IMG/VR virus record: IMGVR_UViG_3300020461_000006
Location: 1-63,479 of that record
DNA: 63,479 bases
Direction: 5' to 3' (one strand)
From: a virus
Lineage: Duplodnaviria > Caudoviricetes
The translations under genes and the position numbers were made by a program. Of the stretch, positions 28,803-37,963 are shown one piece after another (the stretch's first letter is position 1; each line of letters begins with the position of its first letter). The notes under the pieces were generated by a model, which saw only the letters and a list, made by a program, of their open reading frames with translations, made no database searches and was not told the origin of the DNA.

Positions 28803-30601
28803 GGGTATTCGAACGTGGTTTTCAGGTGTTCGATATCTGCATCCTGAAGTAGTGTCACTCCACTTACTTCTTTATCGGCTGCATAAGTTTGCAGTGCCTT
28901 CTTGGCTGATCGAGATGAATAGAAGCCAAGCAACAGTGGGCCTGACTCCATTGTGCCGTCTTCTCTAGTGAAGTGGCCTCGATATACCTTCTTATCGTTA
29001 AAACGATTGCCTATAAGTAGCAAAGACTCGGCATCATTTCTCTGCCCATCAATATGGGTTACATAACCCACTCGGAAGGATCCATTTGATTTTCCAGCGA
29101 TGATCGACAGTCCACTCATGCGGATGATGTCGTCCTCATCAGTCACTTCTTGCTGTTGAGGTGGAGCCTCCTCAGGTTGTGGTTGCATGGACTGCTCCAG
29201 AGCAGCCTGCTGTCCGACATATCCCTGGATCAGAGATTCCTGCTCAAGTTGAGCCTTCAGAAGCAGACGCTCTTCCTCTTCTTCCTGCAGCGCCGTTTCA
29301 ATGCTGTATTCAGTGCCAGAGAAGCGAGCCTTACGAACTTCAATCGCAGTCAACACACCCATCTCGACGTAGAGCTTGTCGGTGTTAGCAACCTTGGATC
29401 GCAGTTCAGCTTTGTCGCTGTCTGACTCTGAGTAGTAAGGCGGGAAGTAAACGCTCCATTCTTCTGGAACCTGACCCTGTGTCGGTCCTTCCGGCATCGC
29501 CAATACCAGCTGGAAGAACTGGTTCAGGGGTTGGCGCAGGCTGTGTGTTTGGAAGCGCTCCACTGCTGCTGCCCAGGACTTGTCCTCGTATTTGCCGGAC
29601 TCTGAAAGACCACCAGCAGGAGACGTTCCGAACAGCAACGTCTTCGGCATGTCGGCTGCTGCGACGAGGTCATCAGTCAGTCGATCGAAGATCTCTTGAG
29701 CACCTCCAAGGGAGCGTGATGCGAAGGAAACTTCTTCCTCCGTGTCCAGTGCCATGCCGCCGTACAACGACCTAGCAAGTGCATTGGCTTCGAGACGTGT
29801 CTTGAGAGCCTTCTCGTTCCCGGCTGTGACCTTACTGGCGAGCCCAGGAATTTTGTGGACGAATAAATCCATCTCGTTGAGCATCGTTGCCATGCCATCA
29901 GTGGCACCGCGATACCTCTTCCACACCTCGTAGAAGGGTTGGAGATAGCTCTGTCCCCAGCCCTCGTTCAGTAGACGTTGCCGCCAGGGGAGATACAGAC
30001 CATCGAGGCGCAGCACCCTGCTGTTGTGGACGAGCAGGTAGTTGAGATCGTTCTCTGTCGTTACTGCCTTACTGGTGGAGATCCTGTAAAGCTCAGGCTT
30101 CCGGTAGTTGAGGTAGTTGTAGTCGTGGGGAACGATCTCTCGTCGGGAAAGCGGGACGAGGTCAGCAATGCCCCGGACACGCTCAGGAACAACAGGCTCA
30201 CTAGGCTCAAGCCCATCATCGAGGACCAGAAATAGTGCAGCTCCTCCATAGATTCGCTGTAGCTTGAGCGCTTCTTCGATGTACGCGTAGAAGTCAATTT
30301 CCTCCAGGTAATTCTCGAAGGACTTGAGAATGCCGTCGTAATCTTCAGTCTCTTCGCCCAGCTTGATGGTGGGTTGCTCAGTGACAGCAGCCTCTGCGTA
30401 GATGTCGATGACGCGACGACACAAAGGGTCGTAATACAGCGCCTCTAGTTCTGCCTCAGATAACTGCTTGGGAGAACGAAGTGCGAAGTACTCGCTTTTA
30501 TCCTTCTTTGTGCCAAGACCCGTGATGGCGTTGACAAGCACACCATCGTTGCGGATATCAGAATCCATTTTGATCTCTGGAGTTTCCGAAGTTTCCGACA
30601 A
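28799..30601 (-). CDS. Portal protein (DUF1073 family) with C-terminal extension
   Basis: NAITGLGT, RIYGGA, VHNSRVL, GWGQS, ADMPKTLLFGTSPAG; follows terminase. Confidence 0.9.
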   Translation of the reverse strand: MSETSETPEIKMDSDIRNDGVLVNAITGLGTKKDKSEYFALRSPKQLSEAELEALYYDPLCRRVIDIYAEAAVTEQPTIKLGEETEDYDGILKSFENYLEEIDFYAYIEEALKLQRIYGGAALFLVLDDGLEPSEPVVPERVRGIADLVPLSRREIVPHDYNYLNYRKPELYRISTSKAVTTENDLNYLLVHNSRVLRLDGLYLPWRQRLLNEGWGQSYLQPFYEVWKRYRGATDGMATMLNEMDLFVHKIPGLASKVTAGNEKALKTRLEANALARSLYGGMALDTEEEVSFASRSLGGAQEIFDRLTDDLVAAADMPKTLLFGTSPAGGLSESGKYEDKSWAAAVERFQTHSLRQPLNQFFQLVLAMPEGPTQGQVPEEWSVYFPPYYSESDSDKAELRSKVANTDKLYVEMGVLTAIEVRKARFSGTEYSIETALQEEEEERLLLKAQLEQESLIQGYVGQQAALEQSMQPQPEEAPPQQQEVTDEDDIIRMSGLSIIAGKSNGSFRVGYVTHIDGQRNDAESLLLIGNRFNDKKVYRGHFTREDGTMESGPLLLGFYSSRSAKKALQTYAADKEVSGVTLLQDADIEHLKTTFEYP

Positions 30602-30644
30602 AGTTTCGGCCTTAACTCATTAACTCTAATCTAACAATTGTCTA

Positions 30645-30842
30645 TTAGCTGAGACCGAGTTTTCCCAGCAGTGCTTTGGTGTTCGATGCCTTTTCTTGGT
30701 GGTAACGGTTTAGATCCCTGATGCAGAACTGCAAGTCCTTATAGAACTCCTCTTCAGGGTTGGGGAAGTCAAAGTACTCCGATACAGAGTCCATCAAGGC
30801 ATCACGACGACGCTTCTTAAGCGCTTCATCCTGGTAGTTCAT
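30645..30842 (-). CDS. Hypothetical protein
   Basis: ATG coupled to terminase stop (TAATG). Confidence 0.6.
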   Translation of the reverse strand: MNYQDEALKKRRRDALMDSVSEYFDFPNPEEEFYKDLQFCIRDLNRYHQEKASNTKALLGKLGLS

Positions 30843-32254
30843 TAGATGAGATCTAACCAATCAGTTGTGGGAGTTGTAGCAACTACTGAGAGTGCAAGAG
30901 CGAGTGCCATCACCGAATCATCGTGTGCGCCATCTCCTGCCTGTCTATCACCTGTTTCCAGCTGTCTAAACATCAACATCTCCTGATAGAAGGGATCTCT
31001 AGGAACCTTCAGCTCCTCACGCTCCAGGAAGTAAGTGATGCGATCCGTATTTGAGATTTTGTTGGGTCTGTTGGTGTTGTATGGCTCGACCATGTACTTT
31101 GCCAGAGCCTTTGAGAGAATCTCAGATACGACAGCACCGACACCGTTCTTCTCGACGATCACTTTTGAGGGGCTGAAGTTCTCTGCCTGCTCAATGATCT
31201 GTTTGATGCAGTAGTCGGAGGACTTATATCTGACACGGAACATATTGACCACTTGGTACGGCGCAGTGGTGATGTCCAGGACAACGGAGCACCAGTAATC
31301 ATCACCACCTCCAGCTGGGTCGATCGCCATGATGTAGTCACGGTTGATCAGTCCTGACTCGATACAGCGACCGTGACACGCTTTCTCCACCAGTTCGGGT
31401 GGGAAGACCTGAGCGTCTGAGGCGACATAGTCCATCTCATATTCCTGCCTCCACGCTCTGTCTGTCAGTTTTGCCTTGGCTTTTGTTTTCGCAGCCCAGT
31501 CAGGATCCGACGCATAGATCGGAATACTTGAGTAATGGATCTTGAACCGATTCCAGCCGTCGTCTTCGCCGTGCCAGAGGTTGGCGAACATGTTTCCCAT
31601 CCCGTTTGGGGTGGATAACAGGATGAGCTTGGACTTCTCGCCGAGCGTTGCCATCGTCGGCTGTGCTGCGGTGTAAATCTCGTCTGCTCCATCGAGGAAA
31701 GCGGCCTCGTCGAGCACCACCACGGAAACAGAAGGGATACCACGGGCGGCTCTTGGGGTAGCAGGTAGGAAATAGATGGTTCCGAGTCCTTTGAACGACA
31801 GTTCGCTGTTGGATTCGGTGGTGAACTCAATTGATGAGTCCTCGATGCTTGCGGCCTGGGCTCGGATCCGTTTGCCCAACGCACCGGAGTCAGTAGCCGT
31901 TTTGGAGAACACCACTGCTGCGAAGCCTGGTTCAGTCAGAGCGCGACACAGCAGGTAGGAGCAGACCGTTTCAGAAGCGCCGACCTGGCGGGACTTCAAG
32001 ACGATCGTGTACTGGTGAGAACAGATCGAATTAATCAGCTTCTTCTGGATATCGAAGGGCTGAAAGGGTTTGACGCTGCCTGATGTTCTGATCCACGTCA
32101 GTGGTGCGAACTGATCCCACTTGTCTGCAGTTGGAAATTTAGGTTTGAAACCAACAGCAGTAGATGTAAGGCGCTTCTCAGCTGCCTCGCGGTCATGCTG
32201 CTCCTGTAATTTCTCTAACCTCTCCAACCGGGTTAAGTGTTTGGCGTTGGGCAT
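30842..32254 (-). CDS. terL: Terminase large subunit
   Basis: Walker A LKSRQVGAS, Walker B VVLDEAAF, LLSTPNG, nuclease AIDPA and HDDSVMALAL. Confidence 0.95.
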   Translation of the reverse strand: MPNAKHLTRLERLEKLQEQHDREAAEKRLTSTAVGFKPKFPTADKWDQFAPLTWIRTSGSVKPFQPFDIQKKLINSICSHQYTIVLKSRQVGASETVCSYLLCRALTEPGFAAVVFSKTATDSGALGKRIRAQAASIEDSSIEFTTESNSELSFKGLGTIYFLPATPRAARGIPSVSVVVLDEAAFLDGADEIYTAAQPTMATLGEKSKLILLSTPNGMGNMFANLWHGEDDGWNRFKIHYSSIPIYASDPDWAAKTKAKAKLTDRAWRQEYEMDYVASDAQVFPPELVEKACHGRCIESGLINRDYIMAIDPAGGGDDYWCSVVLDITTAPYQVVNMFRVRYKSSDYCIKQIIEQAENFSPSKVIVEKNGVGAVVSEILSKALAKYMVEPYNTNRPNKISNTDRITYFLEREELKVPRDPFYQEMLMFRQLETGDRQAGDGAHDDSVMALALALSVVATTPTTDWLDLI

Positions 32255-32621
32255 TTGCCTCTAGCTGTTCAATCCGACGCTCAATAGTTCGTGCCTCATA
32301 TTGCTTATGAGCAGAATCAATGAGAATCTTGATCGCCTGCACTTTAACGTTCACTGCGATATCAGGATCTTCAGAATCGATAATCTCACGCAGCTTCTGG
32401 ATAGCTTCAGGTAGCGCCTCAGAAGTTACACCGAAGGATCGGTGAAAGATCTCCTGTTGATAATCCCAGATCGCGTTATTAAATTCTTCCAGTTGCTTCC
32501 AAGCACGTATCCCCTCGGTCGAGCACCTTGCGCGTTTAGCTGCATCGCGCCAAGTAAAGCCAGCAGCAAGAGCCTGCGCCGCAAGTACCTGGCGCTCATT
32601 CAATTCTGTTGGACGATCCAT
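32193..32621 (-). CDS. Terminase small subunit-like HTH protein
   Basis: N-terminal HTH (LNERQ..AA..LAAG..WRDAAKRARCS..IRAW); directly upstream of terL. Confidence 0.7.
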   Translation of the reverse strand: MDRPTELNERQVLAAQALAAGFTWRDAAKRARCSTEGIRAWKQLEEFNNAIWDYQQEIFHRSFGVTSEALPEAIQKLREIIDSEDPDIAVNVKVQAIKILIDSAHKQYEARTIERRIEQLEANAQRQTLNPVGEVREITGAA

Positions 32622-32838
32622 TGCAGCTGCTCAGATTTTTAGCCGCCTCATATGCTGCCCAACGCATTGCTGCGGGTTGGAGTAACAACGCAAGACGTGC
32701 CAGGTCTTTGGTGACTTCAAGAAGTGAATCACGGTCCAATTTATCAATACCTTTCATCATCTGTGCGTAACGCAGTTGATCGTTGACGCTGGGTTCAATC
32801 GTCCTCATCGAGTTCCTCTTCAGTGTCCATGCCCTCAT
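32596..32838 (-). CDS. Hypothetical protein
   Basis: Operon packing; true start may be the downstream Met. Confidence 0.5.
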   Translation of the reverse strand: MRAWTLKRNSMRTIEPSVNDQLRYAQMMKGIDKLDRDSLLEVTKDLARLALLLQPAAMRWAAYEAAKNLSSCNGSSNRIE

Positions 32839-33199
32839 GCTGTTCAGCGAGAGCTGATCCGATCCGTGACATCAACACCTTGGCGCATGTCAGAACGTCT
32901 GTGTCGTCCCCTGCCTTGATGCTCCTCTTGATTCTGGTGAATAGTTTTTTGTTTTCTGTCCGAGTGTGCCTTGATTCCTCAAGGCAGACCCCGATAATTT
33001 CTTCCATTTGTTTGTAGGGAGCTGCTGTTGCAACCTTGCGGGTGTACGCATAGGTCAAAACAGAAGCCAGTCCCCACTCGTCATAGCTGCGGACAAGCTC
33101 ACCTTGATCACTTATCTCCTCAAATTGTTGAGCAAGTGGGTGACGATAGTCAGTTGGGATTAGCGACAGTGGCACCGCGCAATCCGTAACATACTCCAT
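32795..33199 (-). CDS. Hypothetical protein
   Basis: 134 aa ORF upstream of packaging genes. Confidence 0.6.
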   Translation of the reverse strand: MEYVTDCAVPLSLIPTDYRHPLAQQFEEISDQGELVRSYDEWGLASVLTYAYTRKVATAAPYKQMEEIIGVCLEESRHTRTENKKLFTRIKRSIKAGDDTDVLTCAKVLMSRIGSALAEQHEGMDTEEELDEDD

Positions 33200-33661
33200 G
33201 AGACAAGGGGTACTTATCCCATCTAAGCGTGTTATGCAGCAACGTGATCTGCAACAACCCCTTGGTGGCGAATTACACGATATGGTTGGTCGTGTTTGAG
33301 GAAGTTGCTATTCGCAAATGCGATCTCTGAATCGCTGATGGCTCGAATCTCATATAAGGTTCCTGACGGCTCAGTTATCTTGCACATCATTGCTGGCTGA
33401 AGCATTCTGTTTTACTCGGCGATCCCTACATTACCGGGCTTTCTGTTAGCGTGCATCGCCCAAAAGCTAGTCATCCCAGTCATTGTCGTACACCGCAACA
33501 TTCTTAAAGTCGCTGGATTTAGGTTCAGGTTTACGTGTCTGTTGAATACGGACCAGGGCGTAGCCGTATCGATGGAGCAGGCGTGAGAGCAGGATTTGCA
33601 GAGCTTTCATGATCACAACATGTTTATTCAGTTTTACACATTGGTGTAGGTAGCTAGACAT

Positions 33662-33694
33662 TAAAAAAACCGGGGTAGGTGTACCTATCCCGGT
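33662..33694 (-). terminator. Intrinsic terminator ending early-gene transcript
   Basis: Minus strand ACCGGGATAGGT-AC-ACCTACCCCGGT hairpin followed by a T run. Confidence 0.7.
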
Positions 33695-33765
33695 GTTAGG
33701 CAGGATAAACCTGAGCCCTTCCTGGCGAATACTAACGCGGGCTGAACATCCAATACATCAGACGG

Positions 33766-33960
33766 TCAAAGAAACGGATCTGAGGCATCGAAGGGAAGAT
33801 CCCATTCTTCCGCGATGGCTTGTGCTTCTTCATTTCTTGCTCCATCCAATAAAGCAAGGACTCGTTGGCAGATCCATTCCTGGTTGACATCGTCGACTGA
33901 TAAGACTTGCATTTCGGCTCCATTAGTTCTCCTCACAACGTATCTGTTTTTTGGAGGCAT
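33766..33960 (-). CDS. Hypothetical early protein
   Basis: 64 aa ORF in early cluster. Confidence 0.45.
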   Translation of the reverse strand: MPPKNRYVVRRTNGAEMQVLSVDDVNQEWICQRVLALLDGARNEEAQAIAEEWDLPFDASDPFL

Positions 33961-34108
33961 TCAGCTTCGGCTGACCGAACCTCTGCTCTGGTTGCTGCTG
34001 ACACACCAGCATCAGCAACATTAATCAGAGTGTCAAAGATTGAAGCTGAGTGAGGCTTGAGTGCCTCAAAAAAGAAGCTGGCAAACAAAAGGCGTTCTTT
34101 GGTTTTTG

Positions 34109-34390
34109 TCATTGGTGCTCCATGTTGAGGATTTCACTGATGGCTTGCTTGTAGCCGTCCCAATAGATGGCTTGGAACTCACGGTCCTGGCCTTTGAACT
34201 CACTCCATGCGCTTTTCTGGCGTGCTGTTGCCCAGCTCAGCAGACTCCTAATACTGTTCCTTTGCACCTCAAGATTGGAATCATCTGGTTCATGGAAAAT
34301 CTTCTTGAGATCAGTCCCTGTTGTTGAGTTGAGTTGTAACAAGTGGCGCTCAAAAGCTGCTCGGTCTTGTGCGGCTTGAATTGAAGTCAT
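34109..34390 (-). CDS. Hypothetical early protein
   Basis: 93 aa, TAATG-coupled. Confidence 0.6.
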   Translation of the reverse strand: MTSIQAAQDRAAFERHLLQLNSTTGTDLKKIFHEPDDSNLEVQRNSIRSLLSWATARQKSAWSEFKGQDREFQAIYWDGYKQAISEILNMEHQ

Positions 34391-34581
34391 TAGACGTTTT
34401 GGGATTGGTTCTCGATGAAGCGTTGAAAAGCACCACGCTTTAGGTTGAACTGGGTTCTTTTCCTGGGTTCCTTGTGGGTGATGTAGACCTTCTTGCCGTT
34501 CCGGAAGAAGTATTGAGCACCTCTCGCTCCCTTGTAGACAGGGGCATCATCAGGAACAAGGCTGGAATCAGCGTGTGTCAT
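34390..34581 (-). CDS. Hypothetical early protein
   Basis: YKGARGAQYFFRNGKKVY motif (GxRGG-like small domain). Confidence 0.6.
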   Translation of the reverse strand: MTHADSSLVPDDAPVYKGARGAQYFFRNGKKVYITHKEPRKRTQFNLKRGAFQRFIENQSQNV

Positions 34582-34584
34582 TAA

Positions 34585-34779
34585 TCAGTTAGCGATGGTG
34601 TAGTTGTTGCAGAAGTGATCCCACTCGATCTTGTGCAGACCACGCTCCTTGTGGATGCCTTTGATTACCCAGCAGGGTTGAAGCCCAGCTTTTAAGGGTC
34701 GTTCGACAGTTAGGAGGATGAACTGTTCCTTGTCGCAATCTCTGGTGACCGTGCGGCCAATCAGTTCTTTGAGTTTCAA
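34585..34779 (-). CDS. Hypothetical early protein
   Basis: TTG start preceded by a TCTCTCTCGCACC leader variant. Confidence 0.5.
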   Translation of the reverse strand: MKLKELIGRTVTRDCDKEQFILLTVERPLKAGLQPCWVIKGIHKERGLHKIEWDHFCNNYTIAN

Positions 34780-34802
34780 GGTGCGAGAGAGATAAAAGTG
34801 AT

Positions 34803-35015
34803 CAAAAAGGGGGCTGGTCTTACGGCAGCGTCCTTACTTCCGGCCAATTTGCCTTCCGGCTGGAGTCACCGGAGTCCTCGATGGGACCGCCTTTGCCTTG
34901 GAGAGGCCCGGAGATGCAGCGGTAACTGCACCTCACCAACCGCTTGATCCGAGCAGTTGCAGGCATCACTACGGAGGACGCGTCTGGGGTGTTTACGTCA
35001 CCCCGCCCGCCAGCA
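34803..35015 (-). ncRNA. Candidate ~210-nt multi-stem structured RNA
   Basis: Intergenic; nested stems GCTGG/CCAGC, GCGTCCT/AGGACGC, TGCCT/AGGCA and six hairpins; G-U pairs favour the minus strand; ends in T run. Confidence 0.65.
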
Positions 35016-35017
35016 GA

Positions 35018-36100
35018 TCAGACGAGAGCCAGCAGGGACTTGCGGGCTCGGTCGATGCGCTTCGCACTGGCACCGCCGTAAAGAGCCTCCAGACGTGTGC
35101 GGGCTTTGTCGGTGACGCTGCGGCTCATGCCACGGTTGCGACCTCGGTCATGAGTCTCGAACTGGGTGATGGCCTGGAACAGTCCCCAGGCAGTGCCCTT
35201 TTCAACGCCAAAGCCCGTGTCACCGCTGTAATGCGAGTTGATGACATCGATGTAGGAAAGATCAGTGAGCAGACGCGGACGCGTTGCCCCGCTGTTCTTA
35301 TCCGTAACAGGACGAGACAAGTCATCGGAATAGGTATGCTCCAGGACTGCTTTGGCTTGATCCGAGTTCAGGCGCAGCGTCGTTAGAGGTCGCAGGGTCT
35401 GGAGGTCGATCTCGAACTTCAGCTGTTCGACGTTGATCAGACGAGGCAACGCCTTAGCGAACGCTGTGACAGATGCGGTGTGACGCATGACCATGCCTGC
35501 ACCCTCTTGCTTGGCGCGGTTGGCACCTTTGTTGCAGAGGAAGTTGATCTGGTTGGCACACTGCAGTCGGACGTCTGAGAAGAAGACGCCGAAGGCAGAG
35601 GAGCCATCAAAGGAGTTGAAGGCGTGGAGGTAGCGACGGACCTTGTCACCTGAGGTGACTTCGCCCTCGATGTCGCAGCGAGCAGAGACGAACACCTTCT
35701 TGCCACCACGGATGGTGAGGATGTTGTCGATCTCTACGTTCTCCCGCAGGTAGTCGAACAGCAGAACCAGAGCGTCGTTCTGCACCGGGGTGTAGTTGCT
35801 GCTCATGACGCCAAGCGAGACGCCTGTGTCCTCCCTGACGAGGTGGCAGTGCTCATCGTCGACGCGAGTCTCGCCATTGTGCTGATAGGTGCTGACGACC
35901 TTGTTGACCTTGAAGTCTGCGTCAGCCAGACGGAAGGCTTCGGAGGCGGACACGTTCTCGGTGATGAGCGTTCCGCCCGCTTGTGCAACCAGGGGATTGA
36001 CCTGATAACCATTCTCCTTGTACTTGCCATAGACCATTGCCTCCTTTTCTCGGGAGTATTGGGTGCTGACGGCGTTCGCGTATTTGAACTGGGAAGTCAT
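35018..36100 (-). CDS. DUF932/DUF945-family protein
   Basis: YTPVQND, GGKKVF, NSFDGSSA, VRLQCANQ, RHT, TAWGLFQAITQFETH; start reassigned to MTSQFKY (36100), which follows the promoter and leader motif. Confidence 0.85.
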   Translation of the reverse strand: MTSQFKYANAVSTQYSREKEAMVYGKYKENGYQVNPLVAQAGGTLITENVSASEAFRLADADFKVNKVVSTYQHNGETRVDDEHCHLVREDTGVSLGVMSSNYTPVQNDALVLLFDYLRENVEIDNILTIRGGKKVFVSARCDIEGEVTSGDKVRRYLHAFNSFDGSSAFGVFFSDVRLQCANQINFLCNKGANRAKQEGAGMVMRHTASVTAFAKALPRLINVEQLKFEIDLQTLRPLTTLRLNSDQAKAVLEHTYSDDLSRPVTDKNSGATRPRLLTDLSYIDVINSHYSGDTGFGVEKGTAWGLFQAITQFETHDRGRNRGMSRSVTDKARTRLEALYGGASAKRIDRARKSLLALV

Positions 36101-36146
36101 GGGGTAGTTAGGTGAGAGAGATACGAGGACGTTGCCCGTCCTGTTG

Positions 36147-36175
36147 AGGATACGAATATCCACCTGACCTGTCTA
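36147..36175 (-). promoter_or_regulatory. Sigma70-type early promoter TAGACA-17-TATCCT
   Basis: Exact 17-bp spacing; followed by AGGACG-GGCAA-CGTCCT hairpin, leader motif and ATG; -35 lies inside a CTGACCT-N4-AGGTCAG palindrome. Confidence 0.6.
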
Positions 36176-36288
36176 GGTCAGTTTGCCAGGTAGACATCCA
36201 CCGTTACACTGAGTGCTCACCGACCGTCCGCTACGAAGCGGTTGGTAGGTGAGAGAGATACGACCTCGGGGTGAGATCCGGGGTCTTT

Positions 36289-36471
36289 TTATTGGAAACC
36301 CTTTCCTTGAGGAATCGAGGTTGCAATGACGCGTCTCTTGCGAAGTGCTTCGCGTTCACGCTTGCGTCTCCACTCGCGAGTTGTGTTGGCGTCTTTACCG
36401 ATAAAGGCACTACCTCCCATGGCTCGTAAAAGCTCGTTGGTGACAGCTCCAGCAGCGTTGTTTACTTTCAT
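36289..36471 (-). CDS. Hypothetical early protein
   Basis: 60 aa, ATGA-coupled, ends KGFQ. Confidence 0.5.
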   Translation of the reverse strand: MKVNNAAGAVTNELLRAMGGSAFIGKDANTTREWRRKREREALRKRRVIATSIPQGKGFQ

Positions 36472-36713
36472 GAGTCAGCCTCTGTGTGATCGAATTGAAT
36501 GGCGACCAGGGGCGCGTCCTTCTTGAAGAACTTGGCCTCGGTCTGATCTGTTGCAAGACGGAGTGCCTGGATGACTTTCTCCGCTTCGCCTTCCGTAAAG
36601 GCGTATTGACTGGCTGAGAGATTGCCAATCACCTTGATGGCTTTGATCGCTTTCTCCAGCCGTGGAATGAGCAGACGCTTGAAGTCAGCTCGTTTGTCTT
36701 GAATGGTTTTCAT
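36468..36713 (-). CDS. Hypothetical early protein
   Basis: KRADFKRL...R..KA...I..IGNLS..Y motif, recurrent in phage small proteins. Confidence 0.65.
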   Translation of the reverse strand: MKTIQDKRADFKRLLIPRLEKAIKAIKVIGNLSASQYAFTEGEAEKVIQALRLATDQTEAKFFKKDAPLVAIQFDHTEADS

Positions 36714-36716
36714 GGG

Positions 36717-36944
36717 TTAATCAGGTGTGGGTGTACCAGTTCCTTCATCAGCATCGAGAGTTTCAGAAAAAACAATTCCTTGAAGGATTGTTTTGAGACT
36801 TTCAGCAGAAGTCAACAAACGCTTTCGCAGTGCTGAACGGTCGGTGAATTTCTTAGACCAAGCTTCAAAAGCTTTATCGAAGTCTTCAATATCCGAGTGA
36901 AAGTCGTTGGCAATTCGAACATCAAAATGGTGGTGATACCTCAT
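36717..36944 (-). CDS. Hypothetical early protein
   Basis: 75 aa, ATGA-coupled. Confidence 0.55.
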   Translation of the reverse strand: MRYHHHFDVRIANDFHSDIEDFDKAFEAWSKKFTDRSALRKRLLTSAESLKTILQGIVFSETLDADEGTGTPTPD

Positions 36945-37219
36945 CGGACATCAACTCCTTCAATGAACTTCGGGGCTTGGAAGATTCCGCAGACGTGATC
37001 GCAAGTGTCTGAGTAGTGTTGTGCCCAGGCACGGGCTGTGCGGAGAGAATCGAAGTAGTGATCGTTGCCAGTTGGGTTATGGCCGCCGAAGCAACCATCT
37101 GCCGCATCACGGGTGGTGATGACAACGTATTTGGCAGCGTCCTTGTTGACCTGCTTCTGACTCAGCTCAGAGAATCGCTTCTCTCGTTCTTCAGAAGAAC
37201 GGTTGTAGTTGTAGGTCAT
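36941..37219 (-). CDS. Hypothetical early protein
   Basis: 92 aa in early cluster. Confidence 0.55.
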   Translation of the reverse strand: MTYNYNRSSEEREKRFSELSQKQVNKDAAKYVVITTRDAADGCFGGHNPTGNDHYFDSLRTARAWAQHYSDTCDHVCGIFQAPKFIEGVDVR

Positions 37220-37359
37220 TCGGATAGCTCCTCTTGGTCAGTTACCCAGGTTTCGAAGTCTGGTGGTGTGCTGTAGTCGTCGCCGTAGTTCTGAGGAGAG
37301 GGATCGAAGTTTTCGAGGTACTCCTCGTAGCGTGCTCGTAATAAGTCAGTCATGGTTAG

Positions 37360-37632
37360 TCAGCCGATGGAGAAGTAGAGGGTCTTGCCGTTGATCGAGC
37401 GTTTCTCGACTTTCTCTTCCTTGACCAGTGACTCCAGGAGTCCATAACTGAACCACTGACGAGAGTCGTTGTATCCAATCGCTTTACCTACATCGCAGTT
37501 GCGGACACCCTCAGGGTTGTTGTCCATGAACTCGATGATGGTTTGCTTGAGAATGTGATTCGAGATGAGAGTGTGTGCAGGCCAGACAATCTTGTCGGCT
37601 CTGAACTTGTTTGTGGTGACGGACGAGGTCAT
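37360..37632 (-). CDS. Small winged-helix-like protein
   Basis: IIEFM..NPEG....V.KAIG....Y.LLESLVKEEKVEK..GKTLYF; leader motif upstream. Confidence 0.6.
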   Translation of the reverse strand: MTSSVTTNKFRADKIVWPAHTLISNHILKQTIIEFMDNNPEGVRNCDVGKAIGYNDSRQWFSYGLLESLVKEEKVEKRSINGKTLYFSIG

Positions 37633-37693
37633 GTGATTAGGTGAGAGAGATGAAAAGATCTGGCATCAAGCCCAGGCCAGTGTTGGGCGGGAT

Positions 37694-37963
37694 TTAAGGC
37701 TCGTAACTGCCCTTGAAGTTGGGAACCAGGCCGAAGCGTTCCTGTGCTTTCTCCTTCCTCTTTTCTTTACGGAGACGCTGTGCCAGGGATGTGACGTGCT
37801 CCATAACCTTCAAGGTGTCTTCAGTAGAAGCACCTTCGGGCATTTCCTTCTGCACAACTCGCAGAAGTGGAAAGAAGAGATCAGAAGCTTCCTGCATTTC
37901 TTCTTGAGTGATTGGATCTGTGTCTTTCATTTCAGCAACAGGATGGGCGGACAACTGTGACAA
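37694..37963 (-). CDS. Hypothetical early protein
   Basis: Helical ORF; start may be 37930 (MKDTD). Confidence 0.55.
   Translation of the reverse strand: MSQLSAHPVAEMKDTDPITQEEMQEASDLFFPLLRVVQKEMPEGASTEDTLKVMEHVTSLAQRLRKEKRKEKAQERFGLVPNFKGSYEP

Noticed and set aside
28799-30601. Anti-CBASS Acb1 call for the DUF1073 protein
   Set aside because: No 2H-phosphoesterase HxT/S motif pair evident; position and motifs indicate portal
34898-35386. 162-aa plus-strand ORF over the structured RNA and DUF932 gene
   Set aside because: Antisense to the operon, with no RBS or protein-like features
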